Source: Gammaproteobacteria bacterium (GTDB lineage Bacteria > Pseudomonadota > Gammaproteobacteria > Pseudomonadales > Azotimanducaceae). From it: 64,000 bases of DNA. The translations under genes and the position numbers were made by a program. Of the stretch, positions 26,035 through 35,721 are shown in pieces (the stretch's first letter is position 1; the number at the start of each line of letters is the position of its first letter). Below the pieces are notes generated by a model that saw nothing but the letters and a program-made list of their open reading frames with translations, did not search any database and had not been told where the DNA came from. The stretch is from contig JAHEEG010000004.1 of assembly GCA_024640825.1 (NCBI GenBank), positions 1,812 through 65,811 on the forward strand. Reading direction: 5' to 3'.

Positions 26035-27261
26035 TCAGCCCTCCAGTGCCTGCTGAAGATCGCTCAGCAGATCGTCCGTATCCTCTATGCCAACGGATAT
26101 CCGAATCAGTGAGTCGTCTATACCCATGCTGGCGCGGCGCTCCGGGCCCATCTCGAAATAGATGGTGTGCGCGACGGGTATCGCCAGGGTTCGATTGTCT
26201 CCCAGATTGCTGGACTTCACGACAACCTCCAGGCGATTCATAAAAGCCCAGATATCCACTTCCGCTGTCAGCTCGAAGCTGAAAAGCGCGCCAGGGTGAC
26301 GAAAAAGAGCCTCCGCCCGTCCGTGCTGCGGATGGCTCGGCAACCCGGGATAATAGACACGCTTAACCTTGTCGTGCGACTCGAGATAACTCGCCATCGC
26401 CATCGCGGTTGCACACTGACGCTCCATTCGAAGCGCAAGCGTTTCCGCGCCAACGGCAATGTGGTGGGCCGCTTCCGGACCCAGCGCCGCGCCAAAATCT
26501 CTGAGCCCCTTCTTCTTGATCTGTGTGATGCCCCACTTTTCCGGCGCGCCGGTCTGGTAAGTATCGTAGATATTAGAGAACGTCGACCAGTCGAAGCGCC
26601 CCATCTCGGTGATCGCGCCACCCAGCGCGTTGCCGTGACCGCCTATATACTTGGTGAGGCTGTTGACCACCAGGCTTGCATCGACCGCAGCCGGTTGAAA
26701 CAGGTAAGGGGAGGTCATGGTGTTATCCACCACGTACACCAGCCCCCGTTCGCGACACAACCGGCCGACGCCCGCGAGGTCGGACACCTGCGTACGGGGA
26801 TTGGCTATGGTCTCGACGAACACCAGCCGAGTGCGCTCGTTGATGGCCTGGGCCACGGCATCAACGCTGGTGGCGTCGACAAAACTGACATCCACACCGT
26901 GCGCGGCAAAGCTGTTGAAAAGGCTATTGGTATTACCGAAAAGGAACGCGCTTGAAACGAAGTGATCACCATTGCGCAGCAGAGCAAAGAGCATGGTGCC
27001 GATAGCCGCCATGCCGGTACCAAAACACACCGTCTGCAGCCCGTTTTCCATACCACTGATCTTGGATTGCAGCGCTTCTACCGTGGGATTGACCTGTCTG
27101 CCATAGGTGTACCCCGGCTGGGTGCCCTGAAAGACCGCAGCCAGGTCTCGCGCATCTTCGTAGCCATAAGCAACGGTTGCGTGCACGGGTTTGTGCAACG
27201 AGCCGTGCTCAATACTATCCTGTCGATCGCTGTGGACGATCCTGGTGGTAAATCCCTTCAC
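26035..27261 (-). CDS. Cys/Met-metabolism PLP enzyme (O-acyl-homoserine sulfhydrylase / cystathionine gamma-synthase family)
   Basis: PLP-lysine motif NSLTKYIGGHGNALGG. The family-typical N-terminus ...TRIVHSDR... and C-terminus LIRISVGIED. Confidence 0.85.
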   Translation of the reverse strand: MKGFTTRIVHSDRQDSIEHGSLHKPVHATVAYGYEDARDLAAVFQGTQPGYTYGRQVNPTVEALQSKISGMENGLQTVCFGTGMAAIGTMLFALLRNGDHFVSSAFLFGNTNSLFNSFAAHGVDVSFVDATSVDAVAQAINERTRLVFVETIANPRTQVSDLAGVGRLCRERGLVYVVDNTMTSPYLFQPAAVDASLVVNSLTKYIGGHGNALGGAITEMGRFDWSTFSNIYDTYQTGAPEKWGITQIKKKGLRDFGAALGPEAAHHIAVGAETLALRMERQCATAMAMASYLESHDKVKRVYYPGLPSHPQHGRAEALFRHPGALFSFELTAEVDIWAFMNRLEVVVKSSNLGDNRTLAIPVAHTIYFEMGPERRASMGIDDSLIRISVGIEDTDDLLSDLQQALEG

Positions 27262-27269
27262 GCTTTGCT

Positions 27270-29501
27270 TCAGACTGTGGCAGAGGAATTTGTGGTTTCG
27301 GCCAAAACCAGCTCGCGATAGCCGTTGCGATTGAGAAGGTCAGTCATCTGCCGAGCCGGTACCGGCCGACTGAAGAAGAAACCCTGCACTTCGCGACATC
27401 CCTGGGCGCCCAGATAACGCAACTGAGTGCAATTTTCCACACCCTCCGCGATGAGGTCCAGCTTCAGACCCCGGGCCATAGCTACGATCGCGTCGATGAT
27501 GCTGGCGTCGCCTTCTTCCGCGCGGATGTCGGAGACAAAGGAGCGGTCTATCTTGAGCGTGTGAATGGGAAACTGCTGCAGATAGCTCAGAGAGGAGTAA
27601 CCGGTGCCGAAATCGTCGATAGCGATGCGTGCCCCCTGACGCCGCAGCTCACGGAGCTTGGGAATGATGATTTCGAGATCCCGCATGAGGGTGTTTTCCG
27701 TGATCTCCAGCTTCAGGCTTTCCGGATCCAACCCGGCCATCTGAACATGGCCAAGAAACCGGTTCACGAAGTTATCCTGTTCGAGCTGCTGCGCAGAAAG
27801 ATTCACGGACAGGCACAGACTCTCGAACCCCTGCTCACGCCAGCGGGCGACGTCCGCAAAGGCCTGGCGTTGAACAGTCTCGTCGAGCTGCATGATGATG
27901 CCGGTTTCCTCCGCCAGCGGAAGAAACACCTCGGGACCCAACAGGCCCTGCCTTGGGTGCTGCCAGCGCACCAGCGCCTCGACGCCGGTGATCATTCCTG
28001 AACCCAATGCCACCTGCGGCTGGTAGTAGACGATCAGCTCGTGGCGGGTCAGCGCGTTGCGCAGCTCTCTCTCCAGGGACAGTCGCGTGGAATACTGATG
28101 ATTCATCTCCTCAGAGAAGAACTGATAGCCATTTTTGCTGCGGCCTTTCACCTGGTACATGGCGATATCGGAGTTCTGAATCAAAGCCTCGCCGCTATCG
28201 CCGGCCTCCGGGTACATGGCAATGCCAATACTGGCACCGACGAAGAGCTCGTGACCATCGATAAGAAACGGCGTGTTGAGACGAGCCAGAATCTTGGTGG
28301 CGATGACAACCACATCGTCCCGCGTACGTACCTCGGGCAGCAGCAGGGTGAACTCGTCGCCACCAAACCTGGACAGCGTGTCACCCTGGCGCAGGCAGCT
28401 CTGCAGCCGGTTGGCAACCGCTTTCAGCAACCGGTCACCGATGGAGTGACCAAGCGTATCGTTCACCACCTTGAATCGGTCAAGATCGAGAAACATCACC
28501 GCCAGCTTGCGCTTGTTGCGACGTGCCTGAGCGATGGCCAGAGACAGGCGATCCTTCAGCAGAGCCCGATTGGGCAAGTGGGTCAATAAATCGTGGTAGG
28601 CCTGAAAATTTATGACCTCTTCGGCTTCTTTACGCTCGCTGATATCTCGGGCCGTGCCATAGGTGCCGGTAAAGTTCTTCCGCGTGCGCTCTTTGGGATT
28701 TGCGTAAACGCCCATCGCGCTGAGCTCCATCCACACGCTCTGGGCGTGAGGAAAGTGCATACCCCGGCTGCGTAGGCGGCTTTTCAGACGGATCTCGACG
28801 TTGACGACGGCACGATTCCCCGTGCGCCGTTCGTTGAAGACGTTGCGGGCAACGTCGATGTAATCGTCATCGATGATCTCGCTGTAGTGGCGGCCGATCA
28901 GCTCGTCCTTGCGGTATCCGAGCAGCGACTCGACCCGGTCATTGAGAAAGGTGAAGCAGCCATTGCGGTCCAGCATGTAGACGAGATCCGGGGAGCTGTT
29001 GACGATGAACCGATGCAGAGATTCAGACTCACGCAGCTGTTCTTCCATATCGACGTTCTGTAATTCGAGACGTCGCTGACGCAAGGCGGTTTCCATCGTG
29101 GAGATCAACTCTCCAGCCTCGTAGGGTTTCTTGATGAAATCAAAGGCGCCGCAATGAAGCGCATGCTTGACGCCGCTGAAGCTGGAATCGCCGCTGACAA
29201 CGATGATCTTGCATTCCAGGCCCTGCTTGGCCGCGTAGTCGAGAACATCGTGGCCGCTGACCCCCGGCATAATCAGATCCAGCAGCACCACGTCGTAAGT
29301 CTCGCGCGCCAGCTTGTCGAGGGCTTCCCGTCCACCCAACGCCTTTTCCGCCTGGTAGCCGTGCAGCGTCACGAGCTGATGCAGGCTGTTGAGCAGCTCG
29401 GGTTTGTCATCCACCAGTAGAATCGCAGACCCGGAGAGCTGAGTATCCTCGCGACCATAGGTCGCAAGCGCGGAAGTCCCAGGCAAGGTCTCAATCTCCA
29501 T
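27270..29501 (-). CDS. response regulator receiver-PAS-GGDEF-EAL protein
   Basis: REC (ILLVDDKPELL...VLLDLIMPGVSG), PAS (FIVNSSPDLVYMLDRNGCFTFLN), intact RQGD I-site plus GGDEF, and EAL (VEALVRW). Start chosen at ATG 29501 (AAGGAA SD); the alternative is 29519. Confidence 0.9.
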   Translation of the reverse strand: MEIETLPGTSALATYGREDTQLSGSAILLVDDKPELLNSLHQLVTLHGYQAEKALGGREALDKLARETYDVVLLDLIMPGVSGHDVLDYAAKQGLECKIIVVSGDSSFSGVKHALHCGAFDFIKKPYEAGELISTMETALRQRRLELQNVDMEEQLRESESLHRFIVNSSPDLVYMLDRNGCFTFLNDRVESLLGYRKDELIGRHYSEIIDDDYIDVARNVFNERRTGNRAVVNVEIRLKSRLRSRGMHFPHAQSVWMELSAMGVYANPKERTRKNFTGTYGTARDISERKEAEEVINFQAYHDLLTHLPNRALLKDRLSLAIAQARRNKRKLAVMFLDLDRFKVVNDTLGHSIGDRLLKAVANRLQSCLRQGDTLSRFGGDEFTLLLPEVRTRDDVVVIATKILARLNTPFLIDGHELFVGASIGIAMYPEAGDSGEALIQNSDIAMYQVKGRSKNGYQFFSEEMNHQYSTRLSLERELRNALTRHELIVYYQPQVALGSGMITGVEALVRWQHPRQGLLGPEVFLPLAEETGIIMQLDETVQRQAFADVARWREQGFESLCLSVNLSAQQLEQDNFVNRFLGHVQMAGLDPESLKLEITENTLMRDLEIIIPKLRELRRQGARIAIDDFGTGYSSLSYLQQFPIHTLKIDRSFVSDIRAEEGDASIIDAIVAMARGLKLDLIAEGVENCTQLRYLGAQGCREVQGFFFSRPVPARQMTDLLNRNGYRELVLAETTNSSATV

Positions 29502-29643
29502 TGCGTTCCTTTCGCTCATAGGTACCCAGCTACCTCTCTGCCCCCGGTCGTCGGATTGTGAACTCTTTTTGACATCGATCCTAGATGGCTGACCAAAGTC
29601 GCTGTGAGCGTCTTCGACACCCACCTTCCCGATCCGGACCCGA

Positions 29644-30231
29644 TCAGCGCCTGTCGAAGGGCTGTGACCCAGGATGCGTGAAGGGTCGGGGCCACAGATC
29701 GAAGACCCGCGCCAGAGCCGAAAGGGCCAGGGCATGACGTATCTCTCCATCTGTGGCGGCTTGCGCAATCTGCGTCTGTGTCATGAGCTCCACCCGAATG
29801 GCCTCTCCCTGAGTAAGATCCTGATCATGCGTGGGTTCAACGTCGAGGGCCAGATAATGATGGCAGAGATGATCGTGGAACGCCGGGTTCGGCTCCACAG
29901 CACCCAGGTAGTGCCAGACGCCGCCAGTGTAACCCGTTTCCTCGCGAAGCTCCCGCTGCGCCGCCTGCAGGGCATCTTCCCCAGGGTCAACCATGCCACC
30001 CGGGGTTTCAAGGGTGGTATAAGCCACGCCAAAGCGGTACTGGCGCACCATTATGGAGCGGCCTTGCGTATCGAGCGCCACCATGTTGACCCAGTCCACT
30101 GACTCCAGAACCAGCCGACGCAGCACGTCCCCACTGGTTGGATGACGAAGATTGTCGTAACGCGCCTTGAAAAGTATCAGATCAGGGCCGTAGGCCTGAT
30201 CTTCAAGCTGCCAATCCAGATCGTCACTCAT
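29644..30231 (-). CDS. NUDIX hydrolase (ADP-ribose pyrophosphatase-like)
   Basis: Nudix box GGMVDPGEDALQAAQRELREETGY. The start overlaps the upstream gene's stop (ATGAGTGA). Confidence 0.85.
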   Translation of the reverse strand: MSDDLDWQLEDQAYGPDLILFKARYDNLRHPTSGDVLRRLVLESVDWVNMVALDTQGRSIMVRQYRFGVAYTTLETPGGMVDPGEDALQAAQRELREETGYTGGVWHYLGAVEPNPAFHDHLCHHYLALDVEPTHDQDLTQGEAIRVELMTQTQIAQAATDGEIRHALALSALARVFDLWPRPFTHPGSQPFDRR

Positions 30232-31444
30232 ATCCTGTCAACTCCATATAGCCCCTGCCCATATCCCTGCCTTGATCATCCCGGACGCGGACCAAACCTT
30301 CCCAGTAGGTAAGCAGCGTATCCATGCGCTGGTCCTCTACCGCTGCTTCAATCCGATAACGACGCTCGCCAGCTGGCAGTCGCACCACCACGCGCCATTC
30401 CACCGGCCAGGAAACACCTGAATCATCACGCCAGTATCGCAGAGGCTGGAGGTCGAAATCTGCGGCCTCGAGTCGCTGGCTGTCACCGTTCGGATAAACC
30501 CATAGTCCCTGATCATAGGGGTCACGGGATCGGTCTTTACGACGCAGCTGAAAAACCATCAGCTCCTCGTTACCCTCCAGTTGCAGGCCGAACCAGTCCC
30601 AGCCCTCCTGGCGTGACGACAGGAGGCTGGTACTCCATTCCCTGTCAAGCCATGCGTTACCGCTTACCTGATGCGTCTGCTCGCCCATTCGCAGCGTGCC
30701 ATGGGCCGCGATGCGGGTCATGGAATAGTAGTAGGAGGCCTGATCGGGACCTTTCCGACTGAGACCCTCATCCCCCTGAAGCACGAGCTCTTTGGCAGGC
30801 ACCAGGGAGAGTTGAACGTCGAACTTATCGGCGCGGCCTTGCAATGCAAAGGCCGGCAGAGAAAACTCCGCACCTGCTGCTCCCTCACTATCCGACCGTT
30901 CCGGCGCATACAGCGACCAGCCGTCGACCCAGACCCGGAACGGGTCAGACCTGGCCCCGGCAAGATTCGGATGTGCCCTGGACAAACGCTCCTCTTCCAC
31001 GTGCAGGTTACCGGTAACGTCGGTGACCGCCAGGTGAGCCAGATACAGCTGATTACCCGCCCACGGCCCCGCTGATAATCTATTCTCACTTGCCCTTGCA
31101 CCCGCACTTGCACCCGCACGCAGTGCCTGTCGAAACGCCGTGAACTGGACTCCGAAAAGCGCTCCGTCGGTACTTTCAAGGCTCATGGTCAGATACCACC
31201 ATTCGCTTCGGAACCTCTCGTGGGGGCCGTGATCAGCGGGAAAAACGAACGGACGAGCGGTTTCCGCCCGCACAAACGTCCCAGGCCGACCGGAAAGAGC
31301 GGAGTCACCGAGCACCGATTCCAGCTGCAACTGAGCCGCCGACACCGTTACCCCGGCCAGGCTAGCTCCCAGCAGGGCTAAAAGGTGGGCGCAATAACGT
31401 CTGCTCAAACCGGAGGGGGCGTTCGCTGAGCTACGCGGCCGCAT
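30224..31444 (-). CDS. AttH/CrtC-like lipocalin-domain protein (secreted)
   Basis: Signal-like CAHLLALLGASLAGVTVSAA. FPADHGPHERFRSEWWYLT is a CrtC/AttH N-terminal hallmark. Start at ATG 31444 overlaps the permease end by 14 nt. Confidence 0.75.
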   Translation of the reverse strand: MRPRSSANAPSGLSRRYCAHLLALLGASLAGVTVSAAQLQLESVLGDSALSGRPGTFVRAETARPFVFPADHGPHERFRSEWWYLTMSLESTDGALFGVQFTAFRQALRAGASAGARASENRLSAGPWAGNQLYLAHLAVTDVTGNLHVEEERLSRAHPNLAGARSDPFRVWVDGWSLYAPERSDSEGAAGAEFSLPAFALQGRADKFDVQLSLVPAKELVLQGDEGLSRKGPDQASYYYSMTRIAAHGTLRMGEQTHQVSGNAWLDREWSTSLLSSRQEGWDWFGLQLEGNEELMVFQLRRKDRSRDPYDQGLWVYPNGDSQRLEAADFDLQPLRYWRDDSGVSWPVEWRVVVRLPAGERRYRIEAAVEDQRMDTLLTYWEGLVRVRDDQGRDMGRGYMELTGYE

Positions 31445-33860
31445 CGAGATCTCCCTTTTCCCTGGGAGCCGGCAACACACCTGCAAGCAACGCAGCAGAC
31501 AGCCCCAGCAGCAAAGGGGGAAGCCATCCGCTGAGCGGAAACTGCAGCTCGACAGTCCAGCCAAAAGCCCTGGGATTGATGATTCGACAGAGTACCCAGG
31601 CCATCACAATACCCAGCGGCAACGCCAGCAGCAGAGCAAGACCTCCAAGGGCGAGGGAACGCAATGCGGACAATCCCAGCAGCTCCCGAGACGTCACCCC
31701 CTGAAAGCTGAGCAGCTGCAGAGTAGGTCCCTGAGTCAACCGCAGCGCTGTGAGCGCGATGTACATACCCACCACGGCGATCGCCATCGCCAGCAGCGTC
31801 AGTGCCTGGGTGACAGCAAAGGTTCTATCGAAGATCTGCAGTGCCAGCTTCCGAATACCGTCCCGCCTCTGCACGTTCAGCGCAGCAAAGCGGTCGCCCA
31901 GACGGTCCCCCAACAGAGTCCCCTGCTGCCCCCCCAGCTGGGGGACCGCATTCGCTCCGTCTCTTAATTCCACGCTGAGACGGTCAAAAGCCGTCGTCAG
32001 CCCCAACTCACGAACTGCCGCCAGACTGACGAGCACGCGAGGCACCGGATCGCCGAAACCAGGGAAAACGTGGACGACTTCGAATTCGCCCCCAGCGACT
32101 TCAAGGAGATCGCCGGCACCGGCCCCAACCTGGCGGGACAAGCGCTCGCTGATGAGGGTCTGATTGTCGCCCAGCGCTTTGTCGTAACCATAGCGCTGCA
32201 TCTGTCCGGCGTCATAGTCGGCGTAGCTCAACTCCACGGGGCGGCCACCAGCCCGACCACGGGCAACCCCGGAAGCCGTGACGCGAACCACCTCGGGTTG
32301 CGCTTCGAGCCATAGGCGCGCTTGAGAAATCTCCCGCGGCTCGCCACGGAGGTAAAGATCCCCGGCGAGCCTGATGTCGAGCATGCGCACGAAATCAAGG
32401 CGGAAGCTCTCCACCATCAGCCCGATCGCAATGCTGGTGGCCACCGCCAGCGTCAGCGCTGCCAGAGCAACGCCGATGACACGGGGATACCAAATAGCAT
32501 CACGCAGCCCCATTCGCAGCAGGACTCTGCCACCAAGATGCTCGCTCAATGGCCGGCACAGGCGCAACAGGAAGGTCAACGCCATGACCGCAAGCAGGCT
32601 GAGGGCAAGAATGCTCGCGAATCCGCCCAATAGGCCGGTGCCCTCTATGGCAGTGCCCATGACAATCAGAGCGACTAGAAAAGCCGTCAGCAAGAGGACC
32701 TGCCAGCGTCGCAAACGGACATCGAACCACTCCCTTGAAAAGGCGGCCCAACCGCCTACGATGCAGACTCCGAGACCGGAAACCGCCGCCTTGCCGACAA
32801 TCCAGGGGCCCAGTTCCGGTGACCCTGCCACATCTGAATAGCCAGCCGTCGAGAGCCGCACCAGCACTCCGGAAAGCGCCTGGCCAAGCGCAATGCCCAG
32901 AGCCGTGGCCATCAGTCCGAAAACAGCAAAGCTGAGCAGAAACCCGGCAAGAAATTCACCCGGACGAACGCCCAGCGCGCCCAGCCGGGTAATCAACAGT
33001 TGCTGGCGGCGCAGCCAGATGACCGCAACCTGATAGATAAGAAACCAGGCAACGATGAGGGCCAGCGATCCCAGGGCGCCGAGATTGAAGAGCACGGACC
33101 GTGCAAAGCCGACACTGGGTAGATCATAAGCCACCGGCCGGACCGCCCAATCTATGGCAAGAGCCTCGGGTACTGCCGGATCGGGAAGCCCGGCGGATAG
33201 GCCAGGCATCAACTGTTCCATCGCGGCCCGCCAGGAGAACCATGAATCCTTGATCCGGATACCGATGTAGGACAACGATTGCGGCGATAGCTGAAGCAGT
33301 TCGTAGGCAACACCAATATCTGCAAACAGCACCGGCCCGAGATTCCCTTCGAGCACGCCGGCCACCGCATACTTTCGCCCGTTAACCGTGAATTGCTGAT
33401 CCTCGGCCAGCCCAAGCTCCACCGCAGCCAGCACCTCGGACTCTGCAAGCATATCAATCACAGGCAGGCCACCCTCAGATGTGATGGCCCCTGAACCCCC
33501 TCTTGAGCGGATGCCAAGAGCAAGCCAGTCGGCACCGATCACCGTCACCGACCTACCCGCCAGGATCGCCTGACCCTCCACGATGGGTACGATCGCCGAA
33601 ATTTCCGGATACTCACCAAGCCGCCAGCGTCTGCGCAGCGAGAAGTAACCCTCCGTATCAAGCCCGGGAAAGTCCAGCAGATGCGACAACTCCGTCAGAT
33701 GTGGCGGGGTGGTATCTCGAAGAGAGCTGTCGACTCCGGTGCTGATCTGGTGAACGGCAACTACCGAAGCAACGCCGAGCGTCAGGCCCACAAGAGCGGT
33801 AAGCGCGCTCCAGGGTACCCGCAGCAGGAAACGCATCTGGCTCTTCACCAGTAGCATCAT
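31431..33860 (-). CDS. ABC transporter permease, double FtsX-type (YbbP/MacB-like, 809 aa)
   Basis: About 10 TM helices in two FtsX-like modules separated by large loops. ATGA overlap with the ATPase gene. Confidence 0.85.
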   Translation of the reverse strand: MMLLVKSQMRFLLRVPWSALTALVGLTLGVASVVAVHQISTGVDSSLRDTTPPHLTELSHLLDFPGLDTEGYFSLRRRWRLGEYPEISAIVPIVEGQAILAGRSVTVIGADWLALGIRSRGGSGAITSEGGLPVIDMLAESEVLAAVELGLAEDQQFTVNGRKYAVAGVLEGNLGPVLFADIGVAYELLQLSPQSLSYIGIRIKDSWFSWRAAMEQLMPGLSAGLPDPAVPEALAIDWAVRPVAYDLPSVGFARSVLFNLGALGSLALIVAWFLIYQVAVIWLRRQQLLITRLGALGVRPGEFLAGFLLSFAVFGLMATALGIALGQALSGVLVRLSTAGYSDVAGSPELGPWIVGKAAVSGLGVCIVGGWAAFSREWFDVRLRRWQVLLLTAFLVALIVMGTAIEGTGLLGGFASILALSLLAVMALTFLLRLCRPLSEHLGGRVLLRMGLRDAIWYPRVIGVALAALTLAVATSIAIGLMVESFRLDFVRMLDIRLAGDLYLRGEPREISQARLWLEAQPEVVRVTASGVARGRAGGRPVELSYADYDAGQMQRYGYDKALGDNQTLISERLSRQVGAGAGDLLEVAGGEFEVVHVFPGFGDPVPRVLVSLAAVRELGLTTAFDRLSVELRDGANAVPQLGGQQGTLLGDRLGDRFAALNVQRRDGIRKLALQIFDRTFAVTQALTLLAMAIAVVGMYIALTALRLTQGPTLQLLSFQGVTSRELLGLSALRSLALGGLALLLALPLGIVMAWVLCRIINPRAFGWTVELQFPLSGWLPPLLLGLSAALLAGVLPAPREKGDLDAAA

Positions 33861-34522
33861 TGGCTGAACCGGATCACCCGATCTGCACGCGCTGCGATCG
33901 ACTCATCGTGCGTGGCGATGATGAGCCCGCTGTTAAGAGCGCGAACCTCGCGCCAGAGCAGTTCCACCACGCGATGGGCATTCTCGGCATCGAGATTGCC
34001 AGTGGGTTCATCAGCCAGCACCAGCGTCGGCTCGTGAGCCAACGCCCGGGCGATAGCCGTTCGCTGGCGCTCGCCACCGGAAAGCTGCTCGGGATACTGC
34101 CGTTCATGCGAGTTCAGACCCAACGCTGACAACCTCGCAAGCGCGGCGGCCGCCAAATCGCTTCGCCCATTGAGTTCCAGTGGCAGCAACACGTTCTCAC
34201 GCACGTTAAGCGTTGGCACCAGATTGAAAAACTGAAAAACGTAGCCCATATGCCTGCGCCGAACGCGGGCTCGTTCGGCAACCCCCATATCAGAGATCAG
34301 CAGCTGCTGGGCTTCTACATGCAGAGCGATGCGCCCCTGATCCGGCTCGAGAAGGCCTGCCACGAGATTCATCAACGTGGTCTTGCCGGATCCGCTCGGT
34401 CCGCACAGCGCGACAACCTCACCAGCATGGAGAGTCAGCGAGGTATCGTTCAGAACCCAGCGCTTTATCCCGCCGTCCAGATAAGCCTTGCGAAGACCTT
34501 CTATGGCCAGCAGGATGCTCAT
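33857..34522 (-). CDS. ABC transporter ATP-binding protein (LolD/MacB-type)
   Basis: Walker A GPSGSGKTT, signature LSGGERQRTAIARAL, Walker B LVLADEPTGNLD. Confidence 0.9.
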   Translation of the reverse strand: MSILLAIEGLRKAYLDGGIKRWVLNDTSLTLHAGEVVALCGPSGSGKTTLMNLVAGLLEPDQGRIALHVEAQQLLISDMGVAERARVRRRHMGYVFQFFNLVPTLNVRENVLLPLELNGRSDLAAAALARLSALGLNSHERQYPEQLSGGERQRTAIARALAHEPTLVLADEPTGNLDAENAHRVVELLWREVRALNSGLIIATHDESIAARADRVIRFSQ

Positions 34523-35274
34523 CGCAAGCGCTGCATTCCCTGTCGACGCAGGTCGTCAGTCAACTCGCCAATGTGCTGCTCCGCAAGAACCGCCCCAAGC
34601 ATTTCCTGAACATGCCGATACTCGGCGATGCTGGCGAGCGTGACGATGGTGGGCGCTATCATCTGCCAGCTGCCCGCATCTCCGGCTTGGAGCGCATCCC
34701 GCGGACGAACCCACTCGTCCGCCACGCTCTCCCTCGCATGAGCAACGGTAACCTGCTCCGGAGGCATTGCGGCAATGAAAAAGCGGGTATCGAAACGTCG
34801 CGGCGCCTGTTCCGGCGTTATCCAATGACTGAAGTAGGTAACACGGTCAACGGCCAGTCGGAGATTTTCGGCGCGACAGATGTCCTCGAGACTGAGCGCA
34901 TTGCTGATAAGGCGCTCTCGGTAGGCTTCGAAGCGCGCCACCTCTTCGAGGCCGGATAACCGCAGAGGTTTACCTTCCCGGTAAGCCAGCAAAACCCCGC
35001 ACTCTTCAAAGCATTCACGAATGGCAGCGACCCAGTAACGCAGACCGCCGGCAGACAGCCCGAGCAGACGGCTGGCGTCCATATCATCGAACCCTTCCAC
35101 CATATCCGGGACAAAATCCTGCTGGTCCACCTTGCCCCCTGGAAAGACGTGCAGGTCCGGAAAGTCGACCCCGCCGGGCCGTTGCATCATGAAGACTTCC
35201 GGACCGGAGGGCGCTTGACGAACCAGAAGGATAGTCGCCGCCAGACGCACATTGTCTTTGATCAGTGGTTGCAT
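34519..35274 (-). CDS. NUDIX hydrolase with interrupted Nudix box
   Basis: FPGGKVD ... (about 40 aa insert) ... AAIRECFEECGVLL. ATGA overlap with the ABC ATPase gene. Confidence 0.75.
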   Translation of the reverse strand: MQPLIKDNVRLAATILLVRQAPSGPEVFMMQRPGGVDFPDLHVFPGGKVDQQDFVPDMVEGFDDMDASRLLGLSAGGLRYWVAAIRECFEECGVLLAYREGKPLRLSGLEEVARFEAYRERLISNALSLEDICRAENLRLAVDRVTYFSHWITPEQAPRRFDTRFFIAAMPPEQVTVAHARESVADEWVRPRDALQAGDAGSWQMIAPTIVTLASIAEYRHVQEMLGAVLAEQHIGELTDDLRRQGMQRLR

Positions 35275-35415
35275 GACCCAGGTCCGATATCAGATTGCCA
35301 TCTCTTGTTCACAGATTCCCAGCTCGGTACATTGAGTCAAACGTATTGACCAGATCATCGTGCAGCATCACCTCCGATGTCGCACGAACTGGGACTCGGC
35401 CGGGGGGCTGCTCGG

Positions 35416-35715
35416 ATGCAGAAAGAAAGATCTTACAAGTACCTCGTGCGCCTGCCCCTGTACATGCGAGACATGCTCGCCGAGTCCGCCGGCTACTATC
35501 GACGAAGTATCAACTCGGACATTGTAGCGCGACTGCACCTCTCCTTCAGCGGTCTGCCTGACGCTGAGGAGCAGCGCGCGCTGGCACCGGCGATGCACGA
35601 GCAGATGCAGCAGATGTTCTCTCGCGACATCAGTCCGGAAGAAACGCGTCTAATTCTCCGCGTCCGAGCGCTGCCGGCGGTCAAGCGCGCCGCGCTTCTG
35701 GAACTGCTTTCATAG
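35416..35715 (+). CDS. Arc/MetJ-type ribbon-helix-helix DNA-binding protein
   Basis: YLVRLPLYMRDMLAESAGYYRRSINSDIVARLHLSF matches the Arc-like RHH pattern. Start taken at ATG 35416 (the ORF track begins at 35377). Confidence 0.65.
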   Translation: MQKERSYKYLVRLPLYMRDMLAESAGYYRRSINSDIVARLHLSFSGLPDAEEQRALAPAMHEQMQQMFSRDISPEETRLILRVRALPAVKRAALLELLS

Positions 35716-35721
35716 CGCGCC

